A DNA stretch of 64,000 nt from Myxococcota bacterium (GCA_040752415.1 JBFMGU010000009.1:1-64000); one strand, 5' to 3'; shown: positions 41,608-52,334, counted from the first letter of the stretch. Translations and numbers: made by a program. Notes: generated by a model not told the origin, from the letters alone.

Positions 41608-41906
41608 GCCAGCCCCCGCGCCACCGCGACACCACGCGAGCGGGCCATGTCTTCCGGGATGTTGTCGGCGTGGGGATGAGCCATCCGTCGTCCTTGTTAC
41701 ACCGTCCGGCGGGAACCGGCTCAGGAAAATGACGGCGCGGGTTGGCGGCGCCCGTCCCTGTACGTCCCCGAGGATACTCCAGGTCCGCGCGCGCTCGAAG
41801 ATCCTACCCAACCCCGCGCGGCGCGGACTGCCTCCCGGATCCCGCGCGCCCGACGAGAACACGCTTGGGGCCGGCGGCCGCACGGGTGCGCGTGTGCGCA
41901 AGGCAG

Positions 41907-41940
41907 TTGACAGCGCGGGATAAAAGGCTGCACATGCACG
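41907..41940 (+). promoter_or_regulatory. Possible promoter of the arg operon
   Basis: TTGACA at 41907 followed by GATAAAA and TGCACATGCA; the -10 match is poor. Confidence 0.3.
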
Positions 41941-41992
41941 CGGAACTTTGGAGTCGCCCTGGGGGGAACAGGCGGAACGGAGGACCCACGCG

Positions 41993-42994
41993 TTGAGACA
42001 CTTCCTGAGCACGCTGGACCATTCCCGGGAAGAGCTTCAATCCCTGCTGGATTCCGCCCGACAGTTCCAGCGCTCACCGCAACGGCCCGTCCTGGCCGGC
42101 AAGAGCGTGGCGCTGCTCTTCTTCAACCCCTCGCTGCGCACCCGCACCACCTTCGAGCTGGGCCTGCACCACCTGGGCGCCAAGGCCATCGTGCTGGAGC
42201 CGGGCAAGGGCGCGTGGCCCATTGAGTTCGACGACAACGTGGTGATGGACGCGGAGCCGGAAGAGCACGTGCGTGAGGTGGCGCGGGTGCTCAGCCGCTA
42301 CGTGGACGCCATTGCGGTGCGCGCGTTCCCCAAGTTCCAGCGCTGGGAGGATGACCGCGAGGACAAGGTCATCCGCGCCTTTGCCCGCCACGCCACGGTT
42401 CCCGTCGTCAACATGGAGACCATCACCCATCCGTGCCAGGAGCTGGCGCTGATGATGGCGCTCCAGGACCGGCTGGGCCGCACCGACGGGCGCAAGTTCG
42501 TGCTGACCTGGACCTACCACCCCAAGCCCCTCAACACCGCGGTGGCCAACAGCGCGCTCATCATTGCCGCCAAGTTCGGCTTTGACGTCACGCTGCTCTG
42601 CCCCACGCCGGAGTACACGCTGGACCGTCGCTACATGGACGCGGCGCGGGAGTACTGCTCCGCGCAGGGCCGCACGCTGACGGTGAGCCACGACGTGAAG
42701 AGCGCCTACCAGGGTGCCGAGGTGGTCTACGCCAAGAGCTGGGGCGCGCTGCCGTACTTTGGCCGCTGGGCGGAGGAGAAGCCCATCCGCGACGCGCACA
42801 AGCACTTCATGGTGGACATGGACAAGCTGCGGCTGACGCCGGACGCCTTGTTCTCCCACTGCCTCCCCGTGCGCCGGAACGTGAAGGTCACCGACGAGGT
42901 GCTGGACGCCCCGCGCGCCTTCCACATCGACGAGGCCGAGAACCGGCTGCACGTCCAGAAGGCGGTGCTGACCCGCCTGTTGACAGACCGCTGA
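41993..42994 (+). CDS. argF': N-acetylornithine carbamoyltransferase (AOTCase)
   Basis: TTG start with GGAGG; FFNPSLRTR, METITHPCQEL, TWTYHPKPLNTAVANS, SHCLPVRRNVK. Confidence 0.93.
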   Translation: MRHFLSTLDHSREELQSLLDSARQFQRSPQRPVLAGKSVALLFFNPSLRTRTTFELGLHHLGAKAIVLEPGKGAWPIEFDDNVVMDAEPEEHVREVARVLSRYVDAIAVRAFPKFQRWEDDREDKVIRAFARHATVPVVNMETITHPCQELALMMALQDRLGRTDGRKFVLTWTYHPKPLNTAVANSALIIAAKFGFDVTLLCPTPEYTLDRRYMDAAREYCSAQGRTLTVSHDVKSAYQGAEVVYAKSWGALPYFGRWAEEKPIRDAHKHFMVDMDKLRLTPDALFSHCLPVRRNVKVTDEVLDAPRAFHIDEAENRLHVQKAVLTRLLTDR

Positions 42995-43019
42995 CAGCGC
43001 TCAGCCGTTAGGAGTGGCC

Positions 43020-44243
43020 ATGACCAGGCAGAAAGCCGTTCTTGCATTTTCCGGCGGGCTGGACACCAGCTTCTGCGTTCCCTACCTCAAGGAGCGCGGT
43101 TACGACGTCATCACGCTCTTCGTCGACACCGGCGGCGTGGACGCGGAGGAGCGCCGCTACATCGAGAACCGGGCGCGGGAGCTGGGGGCGCTGGAGCACG
43201 TCACCGTCGACGGGGCGCAGCCCATCTGGGAGCAGGTGGTGGTCCCCCTGGTGTGGGCCGGCGCGGCCTACCAGGGCAGCTACCCGGTGTTGTGCTCGGA
43301 CCGCTACGTCATCGTCGAGGAGTCGCTGAAGCTGTGCGACGCGCGCGGCACCCGCGTCTTCGTCCACGGCTGCACCGGCATGGGCAATGACCAGGTGCGC
43401 TTTGACCAGACGGTGCGCTCGCTGGGTGACTACAACATCGTGGCGCCCATCCGGGAGATCCAGCGCCAGCACAAGGCGGTGCGCGCCTACGAGCAGGAAT
43501 ACCTGCAGAAGCTGGGCTTCGCGGTGCGTCCCAAGACCAGCCGCTACAGCATCAACACCAACCTGCTGGGCGTGACCACCTCCGGCTCGGAGATCGACGA
43601 GTTCCAGGCTCCCGGCGACGAGACCTGGGTCCTGTGCGCGCACCCCACGCGCTGGCCGCGCACGCCGCTGCGCATGACCGTGGGCTTTGAGCGCGGCATC
43701 CCCACCTCGCTCGACGGCAAGGCGGTGGATGGTCCCACCATGCTGCGCAAGCTCAACGAGGCGTTTGGCGCGTACGGCGTGGGCCGCAACATCTACACCG
43801 GCGACACCACCATCGGGCTCAAGGGCCGCATCGTCTTCGAGTGCCCGGGCATCACCGCGCTGATGACGGCGCACCGCGCGCTCGAGGAGACCGTGCTCAC
43901 CAGCCACCAGAACGGGTTCAAGCCGCAGGTGGCCGCGCGCTGGGTCGACCTGGTCTACAAGGGCTTCTTCTACGAGCCGCTGAAGGACGACCTCGAGGCG
44001 TTCCTGCGCCAGAGCCAGACCTTCGTCACCGGCAACGTGACGCTGGAGACGCACGGCGGCGTGCTGCACCCGGTGGCGGTGTCCTCGGAGCACATCCTGC
44101 GCAACCAGGGCGCGGTCTACGCCCAGTCCGCGGATTGGGGCTCCACCGAGGCGGAAGGCTTCATCAAGCTCTTTGGCATGAGCAGCACGCTGTCCGCGCG
44201 CGTCAACAAGCGGCCGCGTGCGCCCGGTGGCGCCAAGGGATGA
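43020..44243 (+). CDS. argG: Argininosuccinate synthase
   Basis: LAFSGGLDTS, HGCTGMGNDQVRF, GLKGRIVFE. Confidence 0.97.
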   Translation: MTRQKAVLAFSGGLDTSFCVPYLKERGYDVITLFVDTGGVDAEERRYIENRARELGALEHVTVDGAQPIWEQVVVPLVWAGAAYQGSYPVLCSDRYVIVEESLKLCDARGTRVFVHGCTGMGNDQVRFDQTVRSLGDYNIVAPIREIQRQHKAVRAYEQEYLQKLGFAVRPKTSRYSINTNLLGVTTSGSEIDEFQAPGDETWVLCAHPTRWPRTPLRMTVGFERGIPTSLDGKAVDGPTMLRKLNEAFGAYGVGRNIYTGDTTIGLKGRIVFECPGITALMTAHRALEETVLTSHQNGFKPQVAARWVDLVYKGFFYEPLKDDLEAFLRQSQTFVTGNVTLETHGGVLHPVAVSSEHILRNQGAVYAQSADWGSTEAEGFIKLFGMSSTLSARVNKRPRAPGGAKG

Positions 44244-45337
44244 TCACGGACCTGCGCGGCGCGCTCCTCCCGCACCTGGAGCGCCTGGTGGGCTTTGACA
44301 CGCGCAATCCACCGCGGGTGATCGACGGCGGAGGCCTGTTTGCCTATCTCCGCGCGCAGCTCCCCCCCGACGTCACCGTGGACCTGCAGGACCTGGGTGA
44401 GGGCTGCGTCTACCTGCTGGCCCGTCGCGGCAACCCCGCCCTGCTCATCAACGTGCACGTGGACACCGTGCCCGCGGCGCCGGGTTGGTCGCGGGATCCG
44501 CTGAAGCTGCACGTCGAGGGTGAGCGCGTGGTGGGCCTGGGCGCGTGCGACATCAAGGGCGCCGCCGCGGCGCTGCTGGCCGTGCTCCCGACGTTGCGCG
44601 GGGACTTCGCGCTGCTCTTCTCCTCCGACGAGGAAGCCGGCCAGAGCCGCTGCGTGCGCGACTTCATCCGTCGTCACGGAGCGCCCTCCCGCGTCCTGGT
44701 GGCCGAGCCCACGCGCTGCACCGCGGTCAGCGTGCACCGGGGGATTGCCACCGCGCTGGGCACCTTCCGCGGCGTGCCCGGTCATGCCTCCAGCGCGCGC
44801 GCGCTGCAGGACAACGCGCTGCATGAGCTGGTGCGCTGGTCATCCCGGGCGCTGACCTGGGCAGAAGGACAGGATGCGCGCGAGCTGGCGGGGCTGCGCG
44901 GCGTGCGGCTGAACCTCGGTGTCGTCGAGGGCGGGACCAAGCCCAACATGATTGCCGGGGAGGCGCGCGTGCGTTTTGGCATCCGTCCGCCGCCGGGTCG
45001 TGCGCCGCTGGAGGTGATGCAGGAGGCCTGGGCGCTCACTCCCGACGCCACGCGCGTCACCTGGGAGCCCGGCTTCCTGGCACCGCCGCTGCCCGCGCCG
45101 CAACAACCGCTGGAAGACGCGCTGCGCACCGCCCGTCGGATGGCGCGGGAGCTGGATCTGCGCGAGGGAAGCGCGGTGGATTTCTGGACGGAGGCGGCAT
45201 TGTTCTCGGAGGCGGGCTCGGTGGCGTTGGTGTACGGCCCCGGGGACATTGCGCAGGCGCACACCGCCGACGAGTGGGTGCGCACCGACGAGCTGGTGGA
45301 GGCGGCGCGGACCTACGCGCGCATCCTCAACGGGTGA
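44240..45337 (+). CDS. argE: Acetylornithine/acetylcitrulline deacetylase (M20)
   Basis: NVHVDTVP, GLGACDIKG, DEEAG, AEPT, AHTADE; ATGA overlap with argG. Confidence 0.93.
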   Translation: MITDLRGALLPHLERLVGFDTRNPPRVIDGGGLFAYLRAQLPPDVTVDLQDLGEGCVYLLARRGNPALLINVHVDTVPAAPGWSRDPLKLHVEGERVVGLGACDIKGAAAALLAVLPTLRGDFALLFSSDEEAGQSRCVRDFIRRHGAPSRVLVAEPTRCTAVSVHRGIATALGTFRGVPGHASSARALQDNALHELVRWSSRALTWAEGQDARELAGLRGVRLNLGVVEGGTKPNMIAGEARVRFGIRPPPGRAPLEVMQEAWALTPDATRVTWEPGFLAPPLPAPQQPLEDALRTARRMARELDLREGSAVDFWTEAALFSEAGSVALVYGPGDIAQAHTADEWVRTDELVEAARTYARILNG

Positions 45338-45352
45338 AGGAGGTCGACGAAC

Positions 45353-46675
45353 ATGGGGTCCACGCAAGAGGTCATTGTCCGTTTCCTGCGCAACCTCGGG
45401 AGCCGCAAGGAGGTGGAGCAGTACCTCAAGCTGTTCTCGTCGGTGGATGCGCGCCGGTTCGCCGTCATCAAGGTGGGCGGTGGCATCATCCAGGATGACC
45501 TGGACACGCTGGTGTCCGCCCTCACCTTCCTGCAGCGCGTGGGACTGACCCCGGTGGTCATCCACGGCGCCGGGCCGCAGCTCACCCGTCAGCTCAAGGA
45601 AGCCGGCGTGCAGACCGAGCAGGTCGACGGCATGCGCGTCACCTCACCGGAGGCGCTGGAGATCGCGCGGAAGGTGTTCCAGCGGGAGAACTTCCGTCTC
45701 GTCGAGGCGCTGGAGGCCATTGGCACGCGCGCCCGTCCCATCACCGGCGGCGTGTTCGAGGCGAAGCTGATGGATGGGAACCGCCTGGGCCTGGTGGGCG
45801 ACGTCACCCAGGTCCACGCCGAGGCCATCGACTCCGCCATCCGCTCCGGCCACATGCCCATCCTCGCGAGTCTCGGTGAGACGCCGGCCGGACAGATCCT
45901 CAACATCAACGCCGACGTGGCAGCGCGCGGCCTGGCCCGCACCCTGGAGCCGTTCAAGATCGTCTTCCTGACGCCCACCGGCGGCCTGCTTGACGAGAAC
46001 CAGCAGATCATCTCCGCCATCAACCTGGAAGAGGATTACGAGCCCTTGATGCAGGAGCCCTGGGTGCAGGGCGGCATGCGGCTCAAGCTGGGCCAGATCA
46101 AGGAGCTGTTGGACGCGCTGCCGCGCTCGTCGTCGGTGTCCATCACCTCACCGGACAACCTGGTGCGCGAGCTGTTCACCCACAAGGGCGCCGGGACGCT
46201 GGTCCGTCGGGGTGAGCGCATCCGTCGTTATGACTCGCTGGATGGCATTGACCGCGCGCGCATGGCGGAGCTGCTGGAGCAGGCCTTCGGGCGGAAGCTC
46301 ACCACGGACTATTTCGAGGTGAAGAACTTCTTCCGCATCTACCTGTCCGACTCCTACCGGGCCACGGCCATCCTCACGCTGGAGGGCGGCATCCCGTACC
46401 TGGACAAGTTCGCCGTCACCAGCGAGGCGCAAGGTGAAGGCATTGGCGGCTCGTTGTGGCAGTGCATTGCGCGCGACAACACCAGCCTCTTCTGGCGCTC
46501 CCGTCTCGATAACGAGGTGAACCCCTGGTACTTCCAGCGCTCCGACGGCAGCTACAAGACGGACCGCTGGGCGGTGTTCTGGTACGGCCTCGAGGATTTC
46601 GCGGACATCCAGCGTTGCATTGAGAAGGCCAAGGCCATGCCCGCCACACTCAAGGCGCACAGCATTGGGGCGTGA
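45353..46675 (+). CDS. argB: Acetylglutamate kinase with C-terminal NAT (DUF619) domain; probable bifunctional NAGS/K
   Basis: AVIKVGG, HGAGPQ, NINAD; YLDKFAV...GEGIG...LFWRSR. Confidence 0.93.
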   Translation: MGSTQEVIVRFLRNLGSRKEVEQYLKLFSSVDARRFAVIKVGGGIIQDDLDTLVSALTFLQRVGLTPVVIHGAGPQLTRQLKEAGVQTEQVDGMRVTSPEALEIARKVFQRENFRLVEALEAIGTRARPITGGVFEAKLMDGNRLGLVGDVTQVHAEAIDSAIRSGHMPILASLGETPAGQILNINADVAARGLARTLEPFKIVFLTPTGGLLDENQQIISAINLEEDYEPLMQEPWVQGGMRLKLGQIKELLDALPRSSSVSITSPDNLVRELFTHKGAGTLVRRGERIRRYDSLDGIDRARMAELLEQAFGRKLTTDYFEVKNFFRIYLSDSYRATAILTLEGGIPYLDKFAVTSEAQGEGIGGSLWQCIARDNTSLFWRSRLDNEVNPWYFQRSDGSYKTDRWAVFWYGLEDFADIQRCIEKAKAMPATLKAHSIGA

Positions 46676-46676
46676 G

Positions 46677-47624
46677 ATGGCAGCTGATCTGCGCATTGGA
46701 TTGGTGGGCGCGCGTGGCCACGTGGGTGGTGAGCTGGTGCGTCTCCTCGAGAACCACCCGCGCATGAAGGTGGCGTGGGCGGCCACGCGCAGCGGCGGCG
46801 GACAGCGCGTGGGCCACGTGGTGCTGGAGGAGATGACGCCGGAGGATGCGGCCCATCGGGACGTCGACGCGGTGGTGTTGGCGCTCCCCAATGGGCAGGC
46901 AGCCAGCTGGGTGTCGGCGTTGGATGCGTCGGGGCGCGCGCCGGTTGTCGTCGACCTTTCCGCGGACATGCGGTTCACCGACACGTGGGTCTACGGCCTC
47001 CCCGAGCTGAACCGCGAGAAGGTGCGGGGGGCACGTCGCATCTCCAACCCCGGGTGCTACGCCACCGGCATGCAGCTGGGCCTGGCGCCGTTGCGGGAGC
47101 TGCTCGCGGAGACGCCGCACGTCTTTGGCGTGTCCGGTTACAGCGGCGCGGGGACCACGCCCTCCGACAAGAACGACCCGGAGAAGCTGAAGGACAACCT
47201 CATGCCCTACTCGCTCGTCGACCACACGCATGAGCGGGAGGTCACGCGCCACCTGGGTCATCCCATCCACTTCATGCCGCACGTGGCCAGCCATTTCCGC
47301 GGCATCACGCTCACCATCTCCACCGTGCTCCGGCGCGGGCTGACGGCGGATGAGCTGCATGAGCTGTTCTCGGACGCGTACCGCAACGAGCCGCTGGTGC
47401 AGGTGGTGAAGGACACGCCGTGGGTGAGTCGCGCGGCCGGCCGTCACGACGTCACCGTGGGCGGCTTCACCGCGGACGCGGCGCGAGGACGCGCGGTGGT
47501 GGTGGTGACGCTGGACAACCTGCTCAAGGGAGCGGCCACGCAGGCGCTCCAGAACCTCAACCTGGCGCTGGGCGTCGACGAGCTCACGGGGATTCCGCTC
47601 CATGGTCCGACCACTGTGGGATAA
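46677..47624 (+). CDS. argC: N-acetyl-gamma-glutamyl-phosphate reductase
   Basis: GARGHVG, DLSAD, SNPGCYAT, SGYSGAG, DNLLKGAA. Confidence 0.96.
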   Translation: MAADLRIGLVGARGHVGGELVRLLENHPRMKVAWAATRSGGGQRVGHVVLEEMTPEDAAHRDVDAVVLALPNGQAASWVSALDASGRAPVVVDLSADMRFTDTWVYGLPELNREKVRGARRISNPGCYATGMQLGLAPLRELLAETPHVFGVSGYSGAGTTPSDKNDPEKLKDNLMPYSLVDHTHEREVTRHLGHPIHFMPHVASHFRGITLTISTVLRRGLTADELHELFSDAYRNEPLVQVVKDTPWVSRAAGRHDVTVGGFTADAARGRAVVVVTLDNLLKGAATQALQNLNLALGVDELTGIPLHGPTTVG

Positions 47625-48906
47625 AGGCCAGTCTTCGGTGGACGAGGCCGTGCAGCGCTTCTGCGCCGCCGACGACGTGGCGTTGGACCGCATGCTCTTC
47701 CTCCACGACGTGCGCGCCTCCCGGGCCCACGTGCGCGGGCTGGAGCGGATTGGCGTGCTGAATGGCGCGGAGTGCTCGTCGCTGGTGTCCGCGCTGGAGG
47801 AGCTTGAGCAGCTGTTCACCGACGGGAAGTTCATCCTCGACGAGCGCTACGAGGACGGACACACCGCCATCGAGCATTTCCTGACCGAGAAGCTGGGCGA
47901 GACCGGGCGCAAGGTGCACACCGGTCGCAGCCGCAATGACCAGGTGCTGGTGGCGCAGCGGTTGTACGTGCGCTCCGCGCTGGACGCATTGAGTGGTCAT
48001 GAGCTGGAAGCGGCGCGGGTGTGCCTGCGACGAGCGCGCGAGGAGATGCGCACGCCCATGCCCGGCTACACGCACCTGCAGCGCGCGGTGCCCTCGTCGG
48101 TGGGCGCGTGGTTCGCGGCATTCGCGGAGGCCTTTGTCGACGACGCGGTGTTCTGCCGCGCGGTGCGTGACCTGCTGGACGCGTCTCCGCTGGGCACCGC
48201 GGCCGGCTACGGGGTGAACCTGCCGCTGGACCGCCAGGGTGTGGCGCGGGAGCTGGAGTTCTCGCGCGTGGTGGTCTCGCCCATCCATGCGCAGAACAGT
48301 CGCGGCAAGCTGGAGCGCGCAGCGTTGGAGGCGTTGCACCAGGCGCTGTTGGATGTGCGTCGGCTGGCGTGGGACCTGAGCCTGTTCTCGACGGCGGAGT
48401 TCGCGTTCGTGCGGCTGCCGGATGCGTACACCACGGGTTCCTCGCTGATGCCCAACAAGCGCAATCCCGACGTGGTGGAGCTGTTGCGCCAGCTTCCCGC
48501 CGTCACCAGCGGCGCGCTGGCCGAGCTGGACGCCACGCTGTCGCTGCCCTCGGGCTACCACCGCGACCTGCAGGGCACCAAGGGTCCGGTGCTGCGGGCG
48601 TTGTCGCGCGGGTTGGCGGGGATGGCGCTGGTTCCCGCGCTTCTCGGGGAGCTGCGGTTCAACGATGAGGGCATGCGCGCGGCGATCTCGTCGGACATGT
48701 ACGCCACGGACCGGGCGATTGAGCTGGCGCGCGAGGGTGTGCCGTTCCGGGATGCGTACCGTCGGGCGGCGGCGGAGATTGGCAGCGGAGCTCCGCGTGC
48801 GCCGGAATCCAGCCTGGGCGCGCGTGTCTCGCTTGGCGGCATGGCGGAGCCCGGCTTGGACCTCGTCGAGGAGCGGCTGCGGGCGTTGTCCCGCTCGACG
48901 GAGTGA
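47602..48906 (+). CDS. argH: Argininosuccinate lyase
   Basis: HTGRSRNDQ, MPGYTHLQRA, GSSLMPNKRNPD. Confidence 0.97.
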   Translation: MVRPLWDKGQSSVDEAVQRFCAADDVALDRMLFLHDVRASRAHVRGLERIGVLNGAECSSLVSALEELEQLFTDGKFILDERYEDGHTAIEHFLTEKLGETGRKVHTGRSRNDQVLVAQRLYVRSALDALSGHELEAARVCLRRAREEMRTPMPGYTHLQRAVPSSVGAWFAAFAEAFVDDAVFCRAVRDLLDASPLGTAAGYGVNLPLDRQGVARELEFSRVVVSPIHAQNSRGKLERAALEALHQALLDVRRLAWDLSLFSTAEFAFVRLPDAYTTGSSLMPNKRNPDVVELLRQLPAVTSGALAELDATLSLPSGYHRDLQGTKGPVLRALSRGLAGMALVPALLGELRFNDEGMRAAISSDMYATDRAIELAREGVPFRDAYRRAAAEIGSGAPRAPESSLGARVSLGGMAEPGLDLVEERLRALSRSTE

Positions 48907-49118
48907 GAGCTCGAGCGGCTCGCAACCCACGCGGGAGTCCCCGGTGGACGGATATGTCCTGCCCGGGCGCTCCGACCCTTTGTCCTTCTCCGACGAGAAC
49001 CCAACGCGCACGTTTGCTGCCCGAAAGATCGCGGGCTATGGAGCCCACCTTCCGACGGTTGCTGCCTCCACGTGTCGTCGTGGGAAGCCGGAGCAACGGT
49101 CATCCATCCGGAGTTCCT

Positions 49119-49820
49119 ATGCGCATCACCGTCGTCACGCTCTGTCTCGCTTCCTGCCTGCTCGCGCTCGGCTGCAACAAGCCCGCGGAGACCGGCCCCG
49201 CCTCCACCGGTCCGCTCACCACCGACCACGACAAGACGCTCTACGCGCTGGGCCAGGTGCTCGGTCGTGACATCTCCTTCTTCGGGCTGACCAAGGAGGA
49301 GCTCGCGGTGGTGCAGCGCGGCCTCGTCGACGCCGCCACCGGCGCCAAGTCGGAGGTGGAGATGGAGACCTGGGGCCCCAAGGTCAATGAGCTGGCCCGC
49401 GCCCGCAAGACCGCACGCGCCGAGCAGGAGAAGACCCGCGCCAAGGAGTACCTGGACAAGGCCGCCGCCGAGAAAGGCGCGGAGCGCACCGCCTCCGGTC
49501 TCATCTACACCGAGCTCACCGCCGGCACCGGCGCCCAGCCCACCGCCGCCGACACCGTCAAGGTCCACTACCGCGGCACTCTCGTCGACGGCACCGAGTT
49601 CGACAGCTCCTACAAGCGCGGCCAGCCCGCGGAGTTCCCGCTCGGCGGCGTCATCAAGTGCTGGACCGAGGGCGTGGCGAAGATGAAGGTCGGCGGCAAG
49701 GCGCGCCTGGTGTGCCCCTCCGACATCGCCTACGGCGACCGCGGCTCCCCGCCCACCATCCCCGGCGGTGCCACCCTCATCTTCGAGGTCGAGCTGCTGG
49801 ACGTGAAGGCCAAGGGCTGA
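49119..49820 (+). CDS. FKBP-type peptidyl-prolyl isomerase (FkpA/Mip-like lipoprotein)
   Basis: ALGC lipobox; VHYRGTLVDGTEFDSS, VIKCWTEG, IPGGATLIFEVELL. Confidence 0.96.
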   Translation: MRITVVTLCLASCLLALGCNKPAETGPASTGPLTTDHDKTLYALGQVLGRDISFFGLTKEELAVVQRGLVDAATGAKSEVEMETWGPKVNELARARKTARAEQEKTRAKEYLDKAAAEKGAERTASGLIYTELTAGTGAQPTAADTVKVHYRGTLVDGTEFDSSYKRGQPAEFPLGGVIKCWTEGVAKMKVGGKARLVCPSDIAYGDRGSPPTIPGGATLIFEVELLDVKAKG

Positions 49821-49841
49821 GCGGTTTTTCCGTCGTCGGGC

Positions 49842-52016
49842 TCACAGCTCGAACACCAGCATGTCCAGGATGTCATCCATGTCCTGCGTGGTCTGCTGCT
49901 CCTGGTGGAACGAGGTGTAGATGACCTTGCCCGCGCCGGCGCCGGGGTGGAACCCCACGGTGAACGGCACGTTGTCCACCTGCGCGAACTCCACGCAGCC
50001 GTAGTAGGGGTCGGGCGCGGTGCACACCCAGGCGCTGCCGCGGATGTACACGGTGGTGTCGCCGGAGACCTGGCTGATCACCGCCCACTCCGCCAGGTTG
50101 AACTTGATCTCCACCTGCGTGTGCCCCAGCGCCGTGCCCAGCGCCGCGTCCACCACGTCGGCGGTCACCACGTCGGCGTCACCCAGCTCCGCGCTGTTCA
50201 TCTCCCCGTCGTAGTCCAGGAAGTCCACGTAGGTGGGCCACGCCGCCTCCACCAGGTCATAGGCCCAGTCGGAGGCGTACACGCTCTTGCCGCTCTGCAC
50301 GTACTGCTGCAGGTTGGCCACCGCGGTGGCGCGCATCCCGGGGTTCATCAGGAACGACTCGTCGATGCCGCAGTTGAAGAAGATGACGTCGTACTGCTGC
50401 ATCAGGGAATAGTCGCCCAGCAGCGTGGAGGCGAAGTTGCCGTTCTCGCCGTTGTAGGTGTCAATCTCGTCCAGGCCCAGGCGCACCAGCACGCTGCCAA
50501 TGTCGTCGTAGCGGCCGCTCACCACCGCCACCTTGGGGTCCACCACCGGCACGCAGGTCTCCGGCGCGTCGCCCACCTCGGTGACCAGGTCCTCGCGCAC
50601 GCGCACGTCGGGGATCTCGGTGGTGAAGGAGCCGGCCGCCACGTGCACCGTGTACAGGCCCACCGGGATGGCGGTGAGGGTGAAGCGTCCCTCGGGGTCG
50701 GTCTGCGTCTCGCTGGTGCCGCCGGCGGTGAGGTCCACCCAGACGCGCGCGTTGGCCAGCCACGTGGTGCCGTTGGGCGCGCAGATCCGGCCGGTGATGT
50801 CACCCTTGGGCTCCTCCACCGGCGCGCACTGCGTGGTGGGATCCACCGTCACCGTCCCGCCCGACGTCACGGTGACCGGATAGTCCGCGGTGAAATCCAC
50901 GTGCTCCACGCGCACCACGCGCGCGCCCGGCTCCACGCCCGTCAACGAGAAGCGCCCGTCGGCGTCGGTGGTCTCCGTCAGCGTGCCGCTGCTCACGTCC
51001 ACCCGCACCGTGGCGCCCACCAGCGCGCCGCCCTGCGGGTTGCAGAAGTGTCCCTCGACGCTGCCCGGCGCCGGCGGCTCGCAGGAGCCCGGTCCCACCT
51101 GCGCGGTCTGGCCGGGGAGCACGTCCACGGTCTGCACCTGCTCCTCGGCGCCCACGAGGATATGCACCTGGTGCACGCCCGCGGGGACGCCGGAGAGGAG
51201 GAAGCGACCGTCGGCGCCGGTCTCGTCGGAGACGCGCACGCCGGGCAGGTCAATGTACGCCGTGGCGCCGCTGGCCACGCCGCCCGTCGTCGCGCAGACG
51301 AGGCCCTCGACGCTGCCGGTGGGGCGCTCGCACGTGGCGGGAGAGTCCACCACCGTCTCCTGGTTGCCCACCACCGTCACCGGGTAGATGCGCTGGTAGC
51401 TGGCGCTCTGGATGTGCAGCTGGTGGCTCCCCGCCGGCACAGCGCTCAACGCAAAGCGACCGCTGTTGTCGGTGGCGCCGTTCATCATCGCGCCGTCGGA
51501 GAGCATCAGCGTGATGGCGGCGTTGGTGACCCACACGCCCTGGGACTGGTCGCAGATCTGGCCACGCACGGTGCCGGTGGGCGCGGGCGCCGCCTGGCAG
51601 GCCGGGTCGGACAGCTGCGTCACCACGCCCGGCTCGATGGTCAGCATGGGCACCGCGCCGTGGGCCACGTCCTGCATGCCCTGCCGCTCGCTGATGGAGA
51701 CCTCGTAGGTGCCAGCGGGGATGTCCGTGATGGTGACGGTGCCGTTGGCGTCGCTGCTGCCCGCCGCCACGCGCTCGCCCGAGCCCGCGGCCATCAGCAC
51801 CACCGACACGCCTGCGGCGGGCTGCGCATTGCCCATGCTGCAGGTGTTGCCCGTGAGCGTCCCGGTCTGCGCGGGCGGCGGCGTCTCATCCACCACCGGA
51901 GCTCCGTCGGCGCAGGTCACCTCCGGGTCGCTGCAGACGTCCTCCTCACAGCCCAGCATGAAGAACCCCGGCACAACCAGCGTGACGCTCCAGATGACAC
52001 GGTTGATGTGGCGCAT
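49842..52016 (-). CDS. Lipoprotein with about five carboxypeptidase-regulatory-like repeats and a C-terminal class-I-GATase-like domain
   Basis: MLGC; repeated GxxC...T(D/G)xxGRFxLxxVPxG; YDVIFFNCG, YASDWAY, YTSFH. Confidence 0.85.
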   Translation of the reverse strand: MRHINRVIWSVTLVVPGFFMLGCEEDVCSDPEVTCADGAPVVDETPPPAQTGTLTGNTCSMGNAQPAAGVSVVLMAAGSGERVAAGSSDANGTVTITDIPAGTYEVSISERQGMQDVAHGAVPMLTIEPGVVTQLSDPACQAAPAPTGTVRGQICDQSQGVWVTNAAITLMLSDGAMMNGATDNSGRFALSAVPAGSHQLHIQSASYQRIYPVTVVGNQETVVDSPATCERPTGSVEGLVCATTGGVASGATAYIDLPGVRVSDETGADGRFLLSGVPAGVHQVHILVGAEEQVQTVDVLPGQTAQVGPGSCEPPAPGSVEGHFCNPQGGALVGATVRVDVSSGTLTETTDADGRFSLTGVEPGARVVRVEHVDFTADYPVTVTSGGTVTVDPTTQCAPVEEPKGDITGRICAPNGTTWLANARVWVDLTAGGTSETQTDPEGRFTLTAIPVGLYTVHVAAGSFTTEIPDVRVREDLVTEVGDAPETCVPVVDPKVAVVSGRYDDIGSVLVRLGLDEIDTYNGENGNFASTLLGDYSLMQQYDVIFFNCGIDESFLMNPGMRATAVANLQQYVQSGKSVYASDWAYDLVEAAWPTYVDFLDYDGEMNSAELGDADVVTADVVDAALGTALGHTQVEIKFNLAEWAVISQVSGDTTVYIRGSAWVCTAPDPYYGCVEFAQVDNVPFTVGFHPGAGAGKVIYTSFHQEQQTTQDMDDILDMLVFEL

Positions 52017-52334
52017 GACAGGTCTCCACCGACTGAAGTCAGGACCCAATATCTGCGCCGTCTCGACGAGCGGTGCGTCACGGGACGTACGTCAGGTGAC
52101 GGGTGTCGACGGGATCCGTGAGGGCCGGACGGATGACCGATGCATCTGCGCATTTCTCGTCGTCACCGGGAGCCATGCGCACCTTGCCCCACACGGATTC
52201 CAGGCGGCGGCGTGGGGCGCCCTGCCCCGTTCCTCCGTCCTCCCGCCGGCCGACGTCACGCCGGGACCTCCCGTTGACCGAGGGACGGCTTCCGCGGCCA
52301 GCCCGAAATCCCGAGCACAACGAAGGAGCACACC

